DNA of 48,811 nucleotides. Origin: Trichomonas gallinae. Its lineage: Eukaryota. How positions within the stretch are numbered: position 1 is the first letter of the stretch; every line of letters begins with the position of its first letter. The translations under genes and the position numbers were made by a program. The stretch is from assembly GCA_008369845.1 (NCBI GenBank), contig MRSU01008587.1:1-48811 (forward strand), read 5' to 3'. The notes beneath the pieces were generated by a model. The model saw only the letters and a program-made list of their open reading frames with translations. It did not search any database and was not told the origin of the DNA. Shown one piece after another: positions 22,323 through 33,480 of this stretch.

Positions 22323-22772
22323 TTAATGAGATGGTCTGAGCAAAATAATTTTTGCTGCAGCCCTTGGTCTATTATCGAGTAGCTTGATAAGCTTGTTCAT
22401 TTTATATTTCAACGCATGACGCCATTTATCCGAATCATTCTTCGAAATAGATTCTATCTTTGCGTGGTAGTACTCTTTCATATACTTAGCAAGCTGATAG
22501 AAAAAAGTCACATCTTTGTTGAATTCCATTGCGTTCGTCCAGACTCTTTTCATGTCTTCTTTCCACTGGTCAATGGATTTATATTCGCTGTTTTTGAGAT
22601 TATCGATAATTTCACTTAGAGAAATTGGATTTTGAATCGTTTCGTAATAAGCTGTGATGCTTTTATCAACGGGCTGTCGAAATTCAGTAGTAAATGGTAA
22701 ATCGTATATCTTCTGAGTCAACTGCAGGCATTTTTCCGTTTGCTCGAGCGTCAAACCAATTTTGACGCTCAT
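22323..22772 (-). CDS. Single-bromodomain protein
   Basis: FRQPVD...YYETIQNPISLSEI..NL....Y...W..DM..VWTNAMEFN; the acetyl-lysine-binding Asn is retained. Confidence 0.92.
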   Translation of the reverse strand: MSVKIGLTLEQTEKCLQLTQKIYDLPFTTEFRQPVDKSITAYYETIQNPISLSEIIDNLKNSEYKSIDQWKEDMKRVWTNAMEFNKDVTFFYQLAKYMKEYYHAKIESISKNDSDKWRHALKYKMNKLIKLLDNRPRAAAKIILLRPSH

Positions 22773-23178
22773 TGAATGTCACTTTTATAAACATTAAGGT
22801 TCTATATTTTTTTCAATGGCATAAAGTTCCAATCAATAGATGCAGCATTGAGCCAATATTGACGCCTTTGGTGAGGTTTGCAGATGCAACTGTGCCACCC
22901 GATGTAGTTGCGCTACAAAGAACTATGTTTCATGTTCAAAAACAGTAATAATCATGACCAACTTTTAGCATTAATAGTTGAATGCTCGCCCCTGAAATAA
23001 CATTTTTGACATCTTTCTTTTTATGTGTCATTTTCAAAATTTACAAGACATAACTTTTTTTTATTATCGTTTTCTTGACTATTTTTCATTACCCAAAATC
23101 AGCCAAACCACTTTAATTTTTGGCTCTTTGACACGCAAAAACATAAGTATCTATCACTTTTTTGATGTTCTAAGTATC

Positions 23179-23250
23179 ATGGAGAATGAAAGGTACAAGG
23201 TTGCTCGCAGAGTTAAGGATCAGATCCTCATGAACCACCAAATCACATAG
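23179..23250 (+). CDS. Candidate small ORF, 23 aa (MENERYKVARRVKDQILMNHQIT)
   Basis: Inr-like TCACT at 23154; C/G-ending preferred codons; TAG followed directly by TAAA. Confidence 0.4.
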   Translation: MENERYKVARRVKDQILMNHQIT

Positions 23251-23333
23251 TAAAAGTGTTTAATCTAAAAAATACACAAAACATAACTTTATTTTAAATC
23301 CTCTAAATATTCTATAAAAACAAAAAACAAAAG

Positions 23334-25289
23334 TTAGACTTTCAGGCGTGCTTTGGATGGCTTTGATGAGATGCTACCTCTAAGAGTAGGAGGATGAAGT
23401 TCTTCAAATCTTTTCTTGATAGCAAACTGAGCATCAAGATATCTCTTCTTCAAATCTTCTCTAGTAACTTTAAGTAACTGAACATCCATGTTGAACTGCA
23501 TATTAGCTCCATCTATCCTAGCTTCAAGCTCGCTGAGAGCTTTTGAAACTGTTTTATATGTATCGCTTTCATTCTTGAATTGCGAATCCAATTTTTGAAC
23601 AGAAGATTCGATGTTTGCGCTTTCATTCTGCATCTGATCGACATTCATCCTGCTCTCATCCATGAATTTCTGTAGCTCATTGGTAACCTGCGCTAGTTTA
23701 TTTGTGAGATCTGCAACGTTCTTTGCCTTTGATTCGCCTCTTTCTTTGTGCTGATTCGTTGCCTCTGCGAGTTGCTCTTTGAGGAGGCTTCCGTATCTTC
23801 TTTCTTCGATGATTTTCTCTCTTGTATCGTGAAGTTCATTGAGGACATTCCTGAGATTCTGTACAACATTCTGGTAGTTCCCTTCTTTAGCTTCTTTCAT
23901 TGCTTTCACGTTATTTGTCAATAATCTATTGATATCATTCGATGTTTTATAATCGATATCATTGTAATCGAAGTTTATTGACAGCAAGCCTTTGTTCAAG
24001 CCAATGGCTCTCTGCACAGCTTCACCATCATGTATGAGATTGTTCTTCACGTTGACAACTGCAATCTTTGATTTGCCAATGGCGTCAAAGAGTGTTTTAG
24101 TTATCGCATCAGTGATTTCGCAAAACTCGAAGTCGATTTCGCGAAGAGACTGATGGTTCTCGATAACGTGTGCGAATGTTTCCATGCCTTTATCCTGTAT
24201 CGGATTGTTGTGCGCAATAAAAACTTCGACGTTCGTGTTTTTGGCGAACCTGACAGAAAATTCGCTGAAGCCATTAGAATCTATCTGGCAGCCAGAAATG
24301 TTAACTTTTTTGATTGTCAGGTTTGAAGCCAAAGCTGTTCCAAGTGTGCCCATTGCGCGGCCTGTGATCGCGTTTTTGGAAATATTGATGTCTTCGAGTA
24401 CTTGATTGTTAATTAAGGCTTCTGCAAGAGAATTTACAAATTTGTGAGTAAAGTCGTTGCTGGAAATATCTAATTTCTTAAGATACTTATTTCCTTGGAT
24501 GTAATTTGAAAAATGAGGTGCACAATCGTCTTTGATATGATTATTCGAAAATATTAATTCTTTTATGTGAGTTTTCTTTAAAGCATTGATAATGTGGACA
24601 GATCCTGAAGATCTGAAGTTATTGTTAGACATATTAAGTATTTCTAATGTTTTGTTCTTTTCAAGACCTGCAGCAATGGATTGTATAGAGAAAGGTGGGA
24701 TTTCGGTTTGTGAAACGTTAAGCTCGCTAAGTACACGGTTCCTTTCGAGCATCAACTTAAACAATTCTATTGAACTTTCGCCGAATGAATTTCTTGTAAC
24801 TCCGCTGACGCTGCTAATGTTGAAATAAACGACAGAATTATTGTAAGCTAATGCATTGAATAGCAGGGAGCATGATTCATCGTCAAGAGAGCAAGAAGAA
24901 ACGTCAATTGAAATCAAATAAGGACTTTGTAAGATTAAATGCGCAATATGCTTAGCACCTTCTTTTCCTATAGCGTTTCCTGATAGGTTAAGAATGCGAA
25001 AATTGGAGTGTTGCATAAAAATTTTATAAATAACGTGTGAGCATTGTGGACCAATTCCTGATCCAGGGAAAGAAAACAGCTTGACTGACTCTCTCTTTCG
25101 ATAATGTTTGATGAATCTTTGTAGTAATTGATCAGAAAATTTTGTTCGTGAATCTTGGCACTTCGTTTCGAATATTCTACGCAATTCGTCATCTGTCAGA
25201 TAGTCATTACTATACACTGATGAAGACGCATTGCTAATTTCGTCATCATCTTGTGCTTGAATCTCTTTTTTCTCTTGCTCTTCAGTCAT
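23334..25289 (-). CDS. RNI-like leucine-rich-repeat protein with a C-terminal coiled coil
   Basis: About 28-aa LRRs (LNLSGNAIG, LNMSNNNF, LDISSNDF, INISKNAI) followed by a heptad-rich tail. Confidence 0.9.
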   Translation of the reverse strand: MTEEQEKKEIQAQDDDEISNASSSVYSNDYLTDDELRRIFETKCQDSRTKFSDQLLQRFIKHYRKRESVKLFSFPGSGIGPQCSHVIYKIFMQHSNFRILNLSGNAIGKEGAKHIAHLILQSPYLISIDVSSCSLDDESCSLLFNALAYNNSVVYFNISSVSGVTRNSFGESSIELFKLMLERNRVLSELNVSQTEIPPFSIQSIAAGLEKNKTLEILNMSNNNFRSSGSVHIINALKKTHIKELIFSNNHIKDDCAPHFSNYIQGNKYLKKLDISSNDFTHKFVNSLAEALINNQVLEDINISKNAITGRAMGTLGTALASNLTIKKVNISGCQIDSNGFSEFSVRFAKNTNVEVFIAHNNPIQDKGMETFAHVIENHQSLREIDFEFCEITDAITKTLFDAIGKSKIAVVNVKNNLIHDGEAVQRAIGLNKGLLSINFDYNDIDYKTSNDINRLLTNNVKAMKEAKEGNYQNVVQNLRNVLNELHDTREKIIEERRYGSLLKEQLAEATNQHKERGESKAKNVADLTNKLAQVTNELQKFMDESRMNVDQMQNESANIESSVQKLDSQFKNESDTYKTVSKALSELEARIDGANMQFNMDVQLLKVTREDLKKRYLDAQFAIKKRFEELHPPTLRGSISSKPSKARLKV

Positions 25290-25320
25290 TATAATAGATT
25301 CTTCTATTAACGTACAAAAA

Positions 25321-25482
25321 TAACCTTATTATATTTGACATATTAATATTTACATGTCAAATTAACTTGACAAAAATCACTTTATTATAAAACAATATTT
25401 ACATGTCAAAAATATAATTTACAAGTCAAATTAATAATAAAATTAACCTTATTATATTTGACATATTATTTACATGTCAAAT
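25321..25482. promoter_or_regulatory. Duplicated palindromic promoter unit TAACCTTATTATATTTGACAT...TTTACATGTCAAAT
   Basis: Units at 25321-25362 and 25444-25482, each with the inverted repeat ATTTGACAT/ATGTCAAAT. Located between the divergent LRR and Vps16 genes. Confidence 0.65.
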
Positions 25483-25508
25483 AATCTTAATTTAAAAAGT
25501 GCCAAAAC

Positions 25509-27842
25509 ATGATAAAAGATTTAGTTTATTCTAATGTGAAAACTTTTCAAGAATTGACAGAAGACTACGAATTCCAAACTATTGACGACCTGGCTTTCCT
25601 CAGACAAGATTTATTCCCTCTAGGCTTCTTAAATGCGATAGAACCAACTCGTCACTGTTATTCAATGGGTAAATCATCAGGAATCATAGCGATTTCGCGT
25701 GAATCTCTGTCAATTGGCAAATCTCACCCAATAATCGAAATATATAACGCACAATCTGAAAAATTAGCAGACGTTTCAATGAAATGCTACGGTTCTCAGG
25801 CATTCGTTCATGTTCTCCCTAATGATGATATCATCGCTGTATCAGATTCTGGAACCATTTCGCGCATATCTTATCTTAAAGAGTACGAAATCACAACAAT
25901 TAACATTCCTGATTTATTAATTAACGCCGCGGTATTTTATGATGGCGGTGTAGTTATTAGTACGAGTGACGGTAATATAATTGATGTCGAAAATTACGAT
26001 ACACCGAATATTATGCAACATTTCGAAAATATCGCGAGACCACGAAATATGATTGCAATACCTCCATCGAAATCAAATACGGAATCTCTTATCATTATGT
26101 TTCTCGATAATGGACATCTTTTTGTTATGGATGATAGAAGATATTACGAAATGAAGCTTTCAAAATACGTTCTCTCCATTGCAACAAGCTATGACTACTC
26201 TAAAATTGCTATCTTACTCGATGATTTTACGATTATTGTTGCAAATCAGGCATTAGATCAAATTTTCTATCAAACGCAAATAGATTTGAACGACATGGAA
26301 GATTTCCAGATGATGACATGGATAGGCAACACAGTTCCAGCCATTTCATTTAAAGGTGCCGTTATTTTAGGCACAGAAGATCCATCATCTCCAGTTTTCT
26401 TCGTGGAAGGCAGCCCATACCTCTTCATGGAGATAGATTCAGTATACGCTATCACGGAAAATGAAGGTTTCAGGATATTGGCAGTTCCAGAGAGCGCATT
26501 CAAAATTTTGAACAAATATTTAGTCGAAAGAAGCGAAGGAGTCCAGCTATGCGAGATATTCGACAACCGACTGACAGAGCCATTCGTTGAACGTCTCACG
26601 ACAATAGAAAACATTCCGAAGGCGGTGAGTGACGTGATAGAAACAGCCGAATTCGTGTCAGGAAGAGATTCTCAGTCGTATTTCGTCGCCGTTGCTTGTT
26701 TTGTCAATTCATATTCGAACAAAGGAAAGGGGACAGTTATAGGCGATGTGATACATAAAGTCAGAGTCACTTGTTGCCTGCATGAAATTGGAATCCCGAT
26801 AACTATAAAGCAGCTGGAAGAATTAGACAATACTACTTTACTAATGAGAATTTGCAGGAGAGAAAAATTTGATTTAGCATACAAACTGGCAGATTTCCTC
26901 GGCGTCCCCAAGCATATTGTCGCGGATGAGCAAGTCAGGCACGCAATAAGCACGATAAGCGATGATGGACAAGTAGTATCATCTTTAAATTTAGACTCGA
27001 TAAGACCGTCGTTCTCCGCGGAACTTGCCTGGCAGGCCGGTAGATCCGATCTAGGTGTGATGTTCGCCGAGCTAGAGATAGACTACGCGAAGAGAGCAGT
27101 GCTGCTCGCGAGGATGTCACAGTGGCAGAAAGCTGTCAACGCTGCAGCAGATACTTGCGACAGCAGCTCACTTTTGAGTGTCATTGAAATGGCTTTGAAT
27201 TCTCAGTCAGAAGAATCAGTGAATCAAGCAATTGCTCAATGTGAGCCAGCCGTAAGGATACTGATGAGACTGCCAAGGATGACATCACCTGTGAGACTTG
27301 GCAACATTTTGGACAAAATACCGCAGAACGTGCCAGCATCAGATGCAGTGAGAACGTTCAAGTGCGTGCAGTCGAAATTCACAGCAGGTCTTGACTGCGC
27401 GTCAAATTTCAAAAAACTGGCGGAATGTCAAAACGAAATTGCTGCGAAAACAGGTGATATTTCCGTTAACAACAAATCGTTCAATGACACGCTGAGGAAT
27501 TTCTTCAAGCGTGGTGATGATGACGGCGCTGTCCAGTTCGCGAAGAAATTCGGTATCGATGAAAAAAGAGTAGATGCGCTTCACTTTTCATATTGCGTGA
27601 AAGAAAAAGACTGGTTCTCACTGAAGAGGTTCGGATTGAAGAAGAGCAGAAGGGACATGTGGCCTCAGATACTGTCAGTGATGAGGGCTGAAGCTCCTTC
27701 AATCGCGAAAGAGTTTTTGGATGGAATTGGGCAAATCGATCAAAAATATAAGACATCTATGACTCAAGAATACGATAATGGTCATTACACAACTAAGGAA
27801 ATGGGTGTTATGAAGCCTATCGCTAATATTTTTAATTCATAA
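25509..27842 (+). CDS. VPS16: Vacuolar protein sorting 16 (HOPS/CORVET subunit)
   Basis: IEIYNAQ in the propeller region, IGIPITIKQL....LLMRICRREKFDLAYKLADFLG, SFSAELAWQAGR.DL and A....DSS match the Vps16 layout. Confidence 0.85.
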   Translation: MIKDLVYSNVKTFQELTEDYEFQTIDDLAFLRQDLFPLGFLNAIEPTRHCYSMGKSSGIIAISRESLSIGKSHPIIEIYNAQSEKLADVSMKCYGSQAFVHVLPNDDIIAVSDSGTISRISYLKEYEITTINIPDLLINAAVFYDGGVVISTSDGNIIDVENYDTPNIMQHFENIARPRNMIAIPPSKSNTESLIIMFLDNGHLFVMDDRRYYEMKLSKYVLSIATSYDYSKIAILLDDFTIIVANQALDQIFYQTQIDLNDMEDFQMMTWIGNTVPAISFKGAVILGTEDPSSPVFFVEGSPYLFMEIDSVYAITENEGFRILAVPESAFKILNKYLVERSEGVQLCEIFDNRLTEPFVERLTTIENIPKAVSDVIETAEFVSGRDSQSYFVAVACFVNSYSNKGKGTVIGDVIHKVRVTCCLHEIGIPITIKQLEELDNTTLLMRICRREKFDLAYKLADFLGVPKHIVADEQVRHAISTISDDGQVVSSLNLDSIRPSFSAELAWQAGRSDLGVMFAELEIDYAKRAVLLARMSQWQKAVNAAADTCDSSSLLSVIEMALNSQSEESVNQAIAQCEPAVRILMRLPRMTSPVRLGNILDKIPQNVPASDAVRTFKCVQSKFTAGLDCASNFKKLAECQNEIAAKTGDISVNNKSFNDTLRNFFKRGDDDGAVQFAKKFGIDEKRVDALHFSYCVKEKDWFSLKRFGLKKSRRDMWPQILSVMRAEAPSIAKEFLDGIGQIDQKYKTSMTQEYDNGHYTTKEMGVMKPIANIFNS

Positions 27843-30296
27843 TAATTTTTATATTTGTGAATGTAGTTTAACTTATTTTATGTTTGTTTTTCTTTTTGTA
27901 TAAACAGCTCGTTTTAGTTATATACAATACTCATCCATTTTTGTGGAAAAAAAAAAAATCAACAGCAGGATATCTCTTTGCTTGGTGATTCATCTATTCA
28001 TACTAGTGGTATATTGATTAAGCTAAGATTGGTTACTGATATTCTAGAATTACAAAATTATATAAAAATTGAAAATGAAAATACTCTGTTTTAAATTATT
28101 ATATCAATAATATTTCCATGAAATGCAATATAGGATGAACAAGCGTAAATCAGTGAACATTTTTAAAAATAAATGCAAAGATGTATGAAGTTGATTGATA
28201 TACAAGAAGGCTATTCATGAATGTATATTTCTTTAATCACTGTCGATGGAACGAAAAAAATAGAAAATATTATTTTTCAACATTTCATGTAACAACTGCG
28301 ATTAAAGTCTCCAATGTGGTAAAAGGCGATTTCCAATTTCTTTCTAAATGAGAATAACATTTCAAAAAAATTATAAAATTTCATGAATGTATGTTTTTGT
28401 TATTAAGGGAAATGTAGTGAGTGTGTGAATAATGAACCTGTGTAACAAATTCCGTAATTTTCATATATAAATGTCGGAAATATCATAAATTCAATATTAC
28501 AAATATTATTAATGGATGATAATTCGTCTGTACATTGGTTCTGTATAGTACTAAATGAGTTGCGTTAAAGAATGTCAGTTCATAATAAAGATAAAAATTT
28601 AATATTTGCAGTTTCGAATAAAAGGTTGTGGGAAATGCTATGGCCATAATTAGTTGTTTTTGAGATTGCTATGTTGATTAATGCTTATTATGAGCTTTGA
28701 TTGATTTGTTCATGCAGATTTCAAAGTGTTTGCCTCAAAAATTTCAAGTTCTTGATGTAGAGATGATCTCAAAAGTTCAATGTGATGCATTGAAATAAAA
28801 TTTGATGTTCTTAAACCTATATCACATAAAGTATCATTGAGACCGGAAAAGATTTTGTTTGGTTATTGAATAAATTCTCGATACTTCTTTTGAAGGAAAC
28901 CTACATATGATATAAGGATCGGAATCTGCATTTAATGCGACGAGATCTGGGTCATATCGAGATTTCTTTAGGATTTCTTATAAAACTTATTTCATTATGA
29001 GTTATTATGCAATAGGTATGCTTGTATATATCGGAACGGACTGTATACATCGAAAAAAGAAATAATGGCATTAAACGAAGATTGAAAATAAAATTTCAGT
29101 TCTATAATTTGGTTGTACTCATCTAAATACACGTTCTATCATAGTGAACGGCAATATTAAACGCGAATAAAAGGAGGCTTGCTTATTGTGAGGAGGAAAA
29201 AAATGTATACACAAAAAAAATTCAAAAGTGAAGGCAATTATTTTTCATTGTTAGAAAACATATCTGAAAAAGAATTTCCAATAAAAAAACATGAATGTAA
29301 AAAAAATCGAACTTACATCATATATATATAATTACCCATCAATGAATGCGTATACACTTTAAAAACGTGTTTATAGCAGGAGAATGGTTTATTAGAAAAA
29401 GTATTCAATTGATTTTTGTATTGTTATAATTTGTTAACATTATTTTCGATTTTGATAAGTCACATTTGAGTTGTTCAGAATTTTTTGAGAAGACAAGAAG
29501 AATTCAAAAGTGGATTGAATAGCTAGACAATCTTGCTGTATTTCATGGAATGATATATTTAGTAAGTTTTAATTTGAGCAAAAATTTCAATTGGCATTGA
29601 AAAATACTGTAGAGATTTAGAAATAAACATTGTCATATTTCTAGAAGTTAATTGATATGCATCAAAAAAAATTAATTGTAAGTAAAATATTTTATTCATG
29701 AATAATGCTTCCGTATGCTTTTGGTAGATAGATATATTTGTTCCAACAATTAAATTGAATCATTCATATTGAAAATCTTGCTGCTAAATTAGGAATTGTA
29801 TTCGGTATTGCCAGACGGAATATCGAATAAAATTAATCTTCAGAAAAGTTGCTTTTGATAATAAATTTCGATAAATTGTTCGAATAAAAATGAATATAGC
29901 ATGAATACATTGTATTGATCAAAACTCAATGCAAAATTCTAGAACTATTGAGGTTCCCTCATATTTGAATTGAACATTGAAGGTTCTCCATTGCTTTAGT
30001 ATATTAAAACTTCAAAGTTTTTCGATTTTTTTGTGCACGTTTGAATTTGAGTTTTATTTATTGTACATAATGTAATAAATAAATATAAATAGATTTTTAA
30101 ATTGAAATGCATCCCAAAAATGATCATTCAATTTAATACATGTGTTGCCTTAATGGTTATATCACTGTTTATCAAAGAAATTTCCGGATTTGCTCATTTT
30201 TTGTGTTTGTATAGTTTACAAAAAAATTGCTCACAAAATTAACTCATTGAAAAAAAAGTATTGAATTTATATAACATTTTACTACCATTTTTTTAG

Positions 30297-30830
30297 ATGA
30301 TTCCTGGAAATTTATTCTATCAGGCGCAGCTTTACAGCGAAGTCAAGGCACCGAGGAAGATGTTTTCCCCTCACGAAGATGCTATTATAGTTACATTGGC
30401 AAGTCAGCAAGAAAAAAAGGATTGGAAATATATCGCAAGCTGTTTGCCAGGCCGTACAGCCAGACAAGTTCGTGAAAGATTCAGAAATCATCTGTCACCG
30501 GGTTTAGAAAACGGACCTTGGACTAGAGAGGAAGATGATTTATTGCGGAGATTGTTTAAGGAGTATGGAAGTAAATGGTCTTTAATTTCAAGTTACTTTA
30601 AGTCAAGGTCGGATACTAATGTAAAAAATAGATGGAATTCAATAGCAAAACTATATAATACCATCGATGTATTAAAACATCCTGAAACTAAACCTATGAA
30701 GACTACACCACCACCAGTAACTCCAACAGCCCCGACTATTGTTCAACAGCCCGCAAAACCATTATTTGAAATTTTCAATACGGATTTGGGAATGATCTTT
30801 AATGCAGATGATTTTATCTTCAGCAATTGA
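30297..30830 (+). CDS. R2R3 Myb transcription factor
   Basis: KMFSPHED...W..IA..LPGRTARQVRERFRNHLSP....GPWTREED......G.KW..I......RSD..VKNRW. Confidence 0.95.
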   Translation: MIPGNLFYQAQLYSEVKAPRKMFSPHEDAIIVTLASQQEKKDWKYIASCLPGRTARQVRERFRNHLSPGLENGPWTREEDDLLRRLFKEYGSKWSLISSYFKSRSDTNVKNRWNSIAKLYNTIDVLKHPETKPMKTTPPPVTPTAPTIVQQPAKPLFEIFNTDLGMIFNADDFIFSN

Positions 30831-31644
30831 ACTACTTTGCAGTATTTAATAATATATTATATCTTACAAATATTATTGAATTTTCAAAAAAGCCAATATA
30901 GTTGTTTGTTTTTGATATAAAATACATGTATTATATTACATTAGCAAATTTACAATATTTATACGTTGATATTTTCATTACATCTCTTTAGAGATTGATC
31001 ACAGCTATATTTATTGATGAAAAGACGAGTATGCTTTAGTTCAATTAATTCTGATAGTTATATCTATGTTATTACGCAAAGTATATCATATTATAGCCAT
31101 TAATATCAAAATCAAGTAGTAAAAATTGATAATTATTAATAAAATCATCATCAAACACAGATGATTTTTGTTTGTTCTATGGCATTGGTGCTATAGCGTT
31201 AAGCAGGATATTATATAATGATTGTGGTGTTACATTTGAAGAATATGACAATCTGACATTTTACATTTTGTTATTTGACAAAACATGAAATCATATGAAT
31301 ATGCTCACGTGAATACGAGTCACATATTTATTCACTCATGAAATAGCACAAAAGTCCATTGGATGAAACTTTTATAGATATTTAGATTATTTCAAAATAT
31401 ATCTTATAACTCAAGAAATATGAAGTTGAATCTTGGTAACCATATTTAGCAGCATTGAACGCTATAGTTTGATTAACTATCTATAGATTGCATAAATTCA
31501 AAATAATATAAATAGCCATTTTCCAAATTATTTTTCCAAAAACAAAACACAAAAACATACAAAGGAAAATATATAGTATGCATTTGACAACAAACTTGCT
31601 TTTACAATAAATTTAGAGATAGATTAATCCGCCCTGAGAAATTT

Positions 31645-32229
31645 TTACTCAGGAAGGAGATCCTGAGCTCTCTCATTGCCTGGCTGAATATCATTTGTAA
31701 GATGGAATACTTGATATAATGAAAGTGATGTGTTTGTTTGAGAACGGAATTCGCATAAGATCCAGAAAATGATTGCCAAAACAAGTCCTGGGACGATGCT
31801 AACGAATGCGTAACCAACAGTTAAATATTTAAGAACTGGATATGCAATCATTTCAAGAAGGAATGTAATAAACCAGCCAAGGAGGTAAATGAATTCCTTA
31901 ACGGAGAAAATATATCTGAGGGCATATAATACTGTAGCACCGATCGAAACAGCGATCGCTGTAGAAGGTGTAACTGGTTCATCAGTGCAAGAAAGGGAAT
32001 AAGGAGCTGTGGTCGATATTGGTTTCAAGAATGTTTCATTGACAAAAGTAATAATCAAAATTAAAACGATTAAATTGTAGGTCGAAACTTTTTTATCCAT
32101 TAATAATCTGGCTAGTTCGATGGTAAACCAGAATCCGGCGAGTGGGATCATGAGAGAGAATAAGAATGTCCACTGGCGGGTCTCATCCCAGCAGACACTC
32201 CACAACCATAAATAAGACAAAGATCTCAT
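31645..32229 (-). CDS. Multi-pass membrane protein, possibly PAP2/dolichyl-pyrophosphate phosphatase-like with degenerate motifs
   Basis: About five hydrophobic segments. NETFLK...AP, TPSTA and YLTVGY sit at positions equivalent to PAP2 motifs. Confidence 0.6.
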   Translation of the reverse strand: MRSLSYLWLWSVCWDETRQWTFLFSLMIPLAGFWFTIELARLLMDKKVSTYNLIVLILIITFVNETFLKPISTTAPYSLSCTDEPVTPSTAIAVSIGATVLYALRYIFSVKEFIYLLGWFITFLLEMIAYPVLKYLTVGYAFVSIVPGLVLAIIFWILCEFRSQTNTSLSLYQVFHLTNDIQPGNERAQDLLPE

Positions 32230-32751
32230 TTTATTTATAAATTAACCTTATCAATAATCTTACCTGTTTTCATTCATATTTACATTCATAGTCCTGTTTT
32301 TAACATTTTGGCTGTAAAACTGTGTCCCAATATCGATTAAAACCTCATCAAACAAACTCAAAAATTTTAATGCGTTACATGTCAGATCAACATTTTTTGT
32401 GATGATGTAAAGTATATGAAGAACAATTTTTTGACATATAAAGTATAGAAAGACTAATATTTGACGATGTAAAGTATATATAAAAAATTTTGACAAATAA
32501 AGAGAGTGTGTGTTAAAATTGCTTAGCCCAAATGGCCTATCAGGGAAAATTTTGCATGCTTGCAAGATAGAGCCAAAATCACTGGAGTTATACATACTTA
32601 TATTTTGAATGTAGAGCAAAACCATGTTAGAATGTAAAGTAAATTAAAAACAATTTTTGACAAATAAAGTATAGAAATGTTAAAATATGACAAATAAAGT
32701 TAAGAAATAATGAATTTTGACATTGTAAAGTTTAAAATAACAGAAAATTTC

Positions 32752-33480
32752 TTAATCAATAACTTTGGGGTGATGAACCATTTTATCAGCCTGTGAGTCA
32801 AGCTGGTCCATTCCTGATCTCAGCTTTGACAGCGATGCTGCAAGCTGATCACGTTGAGATTTCCTATGAGCTTCAACTTGAGCGTGTTTGAAAACTCTTC
32901 GCTTTTTATTGATTTCTTCAATCTGCTCTGCTTCATCGCGCATATCTTTCTCGAAGTTATCTTCAGCAATGAGTAAAACTTTCTTATTTGTTTTCTGTCT
33001 TTGTGCGAGAGCATCTTCCTCCTTGGCTTTGATAACACCAACAGCTTGTTCTTTGATTCTTTCTTGAACAGAGCGGTTAATCATGTTCTGGCGTAACATT
33101 GTTCTTCTTTGCATTTCTTCGTGAAGTCTTTGTCTTGCTAATTGATTTGCTTTCTGCTCTCGTACTGTTTTAAGGACTTTTCTCTGTGTTGCTTGTTGTT
33201 TAGCTGTATTCGCTTGATGTTCATAAGTAAAACAATCTGTAACAGCGTTTGTAAGCCTCATTAATGCTTTTACTACAACATCATCGATTTCTAGTCGTTC
33301 AATTTTACGTTTTGATTGTATTCTACGCTTTTTATTGTCCAATAAATTTTTATCAACTCTTTTTATAGCGACGTTATCAAGGTAAGATGTGATTTTCTCC
33401 ATGTCATTTTCCTCAGCGCAAAAGGGCATCTCATCAACAAGGTTGAAATCCTTCAGTGCTTGATTCCTTTGCTGTCTCAT
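32752..33480 (-). CDS. Hypothetical coiled-coil protein
   Basis: 242-aa ATG-initiated ORF, rich in K/Q/E/R with helical character. Confidence 0.8.
   Translation of the reverse strand: MRQQRNQALKDFNLVDEMPFCAEENDMEKITSYLDNVAIKRVDKNLLDNKKRRIQSKRKIERLEIDDVVVKALMRLTNAVTDCFTYEHQANTAKQQATQRKVLKTVREQKANQLARQRLHEEMQRRTMLRQNMINRSVQERIKEQAVGVIKAKEEDALAQRQKTNKKVLLIAEDNFEKDMRDEAEQIEEINKKRRVFKHAQVEAHRKSQRDQLAASLSKLRSGMDQLDSQADKMVHHPKVID

Noticed and set aside
32260..32625. 121-aa minus-strand ORF
   Set aside because: Runs through AT-rich TGTCA promoter repeats, has low-information composition and no homology.
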